DNA of 39,878 nt. Origin: Candidatus Ratteibacteria bacterium. GTDB taxonomy: Bacteria > Ratteibacteria > UBA8468 > B48-G9 > DTJG01. Below, in pieces: positions 37,445 to 39,878 of this stretch; within the stretch, counting starts at the first letter, position 1, and each line of letters opens with the position of its first letter. The stretch spans positions 1-39,878 of the forward strand of contig JBMFLH010000006.1 of NCBI GenBank assembly GCA_049971295.1, read 5' to 3'. A program made the translations under genes and the position numbers. Below the pieces are notes generated by a model. The model searched no databases, was not told where the DNA came from, and was given only the letters and a program-made list of their open reading frames with translations.

Positions 37445-39816
37445 ATGAAGCCAGTTTATTTGATAGCCAGTATCTTTATAGGAATTTCTTTGTTGAAAGC
37501 CGCACCAATCACTATCGTAGAAAATGGCAAGCCCCAGGCAGTGATTGTGGTTGCTGCTGATGAGCCAAAGGCAGACAAAGCCGCCACAGAAATTCAAAAA
37601 TACATTGAAAAAATGAGTGGCGCGAAATTGCCCATTGTGAAGGAAGGAGAACCAGTAAGTGCTACGGTTTCAATTTTTGTTGGACATACAAAGGCAGCAG
37701 CAAAAAACGCAGTGTTGATTCCTTCTGGCTTCAAGGAAGTTGTGGGAGACCCGAAAGTGTTTGAAGAGGAAGGACTTGTAATAAAGACAAAAGGAAAAAC
37801 CATTTTCATAGGCGGCAATTCAGATGGGCCATACCAGGGCACAATCTATGCTGCCTATGAATTTCTGGAGCGACTGGGTTGCCGATGGTATTTTCCAGGA
37901 GAATGGGGTGAGGTCATTCCTGAAAATAAAACAATTACATTTCCAGAGACAGATTTACAGTCAAAACCTGACTTTGCGATTCGCGAAATCGGACTGGGTG
38001 GATGGATTCCTTCAAGCCGGCAGGAGCAGGCTATATATGCTGACTGGCAAAACAAGGTCAAGATGACAAATACTTTTTTCTATCCACCTGTCGGTGATGG
38101 GTTACTTGCATACCTGATTCCTCCGAATGAATTTTATCCCAAAGAGCCAGAACTGTTTGCGATGAACCAGCAAGGAAGTCGCGAACCTATAAAATGGTAT
38201 AACGGAAGATATTATGAGAAGGTTACAATGCTTGCGCTTGGAAACCCGCGCACACTTGAAGTTGCTGTTCAAAATCTCAAAGATGCATAAGCAGGAAAAC
38301 GTCCCAGATTGGGGAATATGTCTCCGACAGGCAATGGTTTTGGTATCAGTCCGCCTGATGGCGCGGTTTTTGATTATGACCCAAAGTACAAGGACCTCAA
38401 CCAGAATTTTAATTATCCGACCTATATCCATCACCCGATGACCAGTGAAGAATTCTTCACATTTGCCGCAAAACTCGCTAAAGAATTTCCTGATAAGTGG
38501 TATCCACCATGGCGTATGCTGGCCGAGAGATGCCACCGCAGGGTGTGAAAATTCCGCACAATATTGCAGTAATGTATGCTCCGATTTCCTCCTGCGTACT
38601 TCATCCTGGTAATGATCCTGCCTGCTGGCGACGAAGTGAAACAATCAGTATTATGCGACAATGGTGCAAACTCACCCCGCATGTGTGGCTGTATGATTAT
38701 AATCCAGGATTTTTGCTTGGCTGTTTTGTGCCTGAACGGGATGTGGCGAACTTTGCAGTCAATGTCAAACTCTACAAGGATATGAAACTCAAAGGGTTTC
38801 AGACAGAAGGTCGCAAGGCGTTCATGCAGACATGGATCAGTTGGTATATACGCAGCAAATTAATGTGGGATGCGAATGCGGATGTAGAAGCACTTAAGAA
38901 GGATTTTTATACGAGATTTTTCGGAGCAGAGGCAGGACCCTTTGTTCAACAATGGTGGGATGAGTGTGAAAAAGCACTGGCTGCCACCACAATGCACTGT
39001 CACGAGGATTGGCTGGTCAATCATATTTACACTGTCCCATTCACAAAAAAGATTCATCAGTATGTTGAAAAGGCAGCGAAGTGTGCAATGACACCAGAGC
39101 AGAAAGAACATTTCAATGCATTTGCTCTCATTGCTGACCATCTTGAAGCATACTCAGCCAAAGAAGAAGCAGAAAAGAATCTGGACTATGCAGAAGCAGC
39201 CAGGCAGGCCCAGCGTATGGAAGACGACAAGAAAAAATTGTATGCCATTTATCCATTCTTCATTGGACCAAAGTATCATCCAGAATTCACAAATGGCCAG
39301 GAAGTCAAATACAGACAACTTTATTCAATGACCAATGGTGAAACAGGAATTATGATAGCGCCTGTTCCTCTTGTGGCAAAATTCAAGAGAGACCAATTTA
39401 ATGAAGGCGTTGTTGGCCAGTGGTATCTTCCTGAATTTGATGATACAAACTGGGAAACCAAGAATACATTTTTCACATGGGATGCCCAGGACAAGCCGGA
39501 AGACGCAAAAGGTCATGATTATGATGGCTATGGCTGGTACCGTTTTACTGTCAGTGTGCCATCAGATGCAGTCAACAAACCGCTCAAACTCCACCTTGGT
39601 GGTGTGATCAATGAGGGATGGGTCTGGATAAATGGAAACTATGCCGGGCACCGTCCGTGGAACCTCTGGTGGGCAGGTCGAGACGCACTGGAAATGAATG
39701 TAGATGTAACAGGTAAGGTGAAGCCAGGTGCCAATATCGTTGCTGTGCGGGTCTGGAACAACGCAGAAATCGGCGGACTATTTCGCAGAGGATTCCTTTG
39801 GTCACCCAAAAAATAA
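37445..39816 (+). pseudogene. Secreted DUF4838-type protein with C-terminal GH2-type sugar-binding jelly roll; one in-frame TAA and one frameshift
   Basis: AGGAGG SD, ATG 37445, signal peptide, GTIYAAYEFLERLGCRWYFPG. In-frame TAA at 38288-38290 (KDA*AGKRP). A missing base at ~38500 restores DKWVSTMAYAGR..PP. C-terminal YDGYGWYR, LHLGGV, VWINGNYAG, GANIVAVRV. Confidence 0.78.
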
Positions 39817-39878
39817 AATTGGCCCGTATTTCCTCATAAATAGATCTATTTGAAATATTTTTTATTTGTAAGAGATGG

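Noticed and set aside
5679..38290. Alternative genetic code (UGA=Gly or UAA reassigned) suggested by three in-frame stops
   Set aside because: TGA and TAA both end many intact genes at the expected family C-termini, often in start/stop overlaps (6472, 10061, 17446, 23170). Only three internal stops of two types occur in about 12,000 codons.
1..39878. CRISPR arrays, tRNA/rRNA, IS elements, integrases, defence or toxin-antitoxin genes
   Set aside because: No spaced direct repeats, cloverleafs, terminal inverted repeats or matching protein motifs were seen, and nearly all sequence is accounted for by metabolic genes.

Overview
AT-rich bacterial window, densely coding (about 28 genes), with no rRNA, tRNA, CRISPR array or mobile element. 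It is mostly anaerobic carbohydrate and sulfated-glycan catabolism. That set comprises a GH78 rhamnosidase, a secreted DUF5060/GH-A hydrolase, a PL26/YetA-like protein, a sulfatase with its radical-SAM maturase, three DUF4838-type proteins, three UroD/MtaA-fold proteins, two ceramidase-like metallohydrolases, three Gfo/Idh/MocA oxidoreductases, a class II aldolase and an aldo/keto reductase. Housekeeping genes are interleaved: rpmA, an acpS-like gene, nnrD and a large NAD-glutamate dehydrogenase. The gene mix suggests an uncultured anaerobe near the PVC group (weak inference). The best leads are: (1) a minus-strand operon of an epimerase, a DapA-fold enzyme, a DHODH-fold enzyme and a cytoplasmic DUF4838 protein, where the DapA- and DHODH-fold active sites are rewired, behind a GC-rich structured leader; (2) a candidate three-way-junction RNA with complementary loops at 21756-21844; (3) a lone type IV pilin wedged between the sulfatase and the secreted glycosidase; (4) a probably leaderless, N-terminally shortened L27 followed by an AcpS lacking catalytic residues. 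Six genes carry seven single-base lesions (3 in-frame stops, 4 frameshifts), many at homopolymers, so assembly error is a serious caveat. All family calls come from motif recognition by eye; no database search was run.
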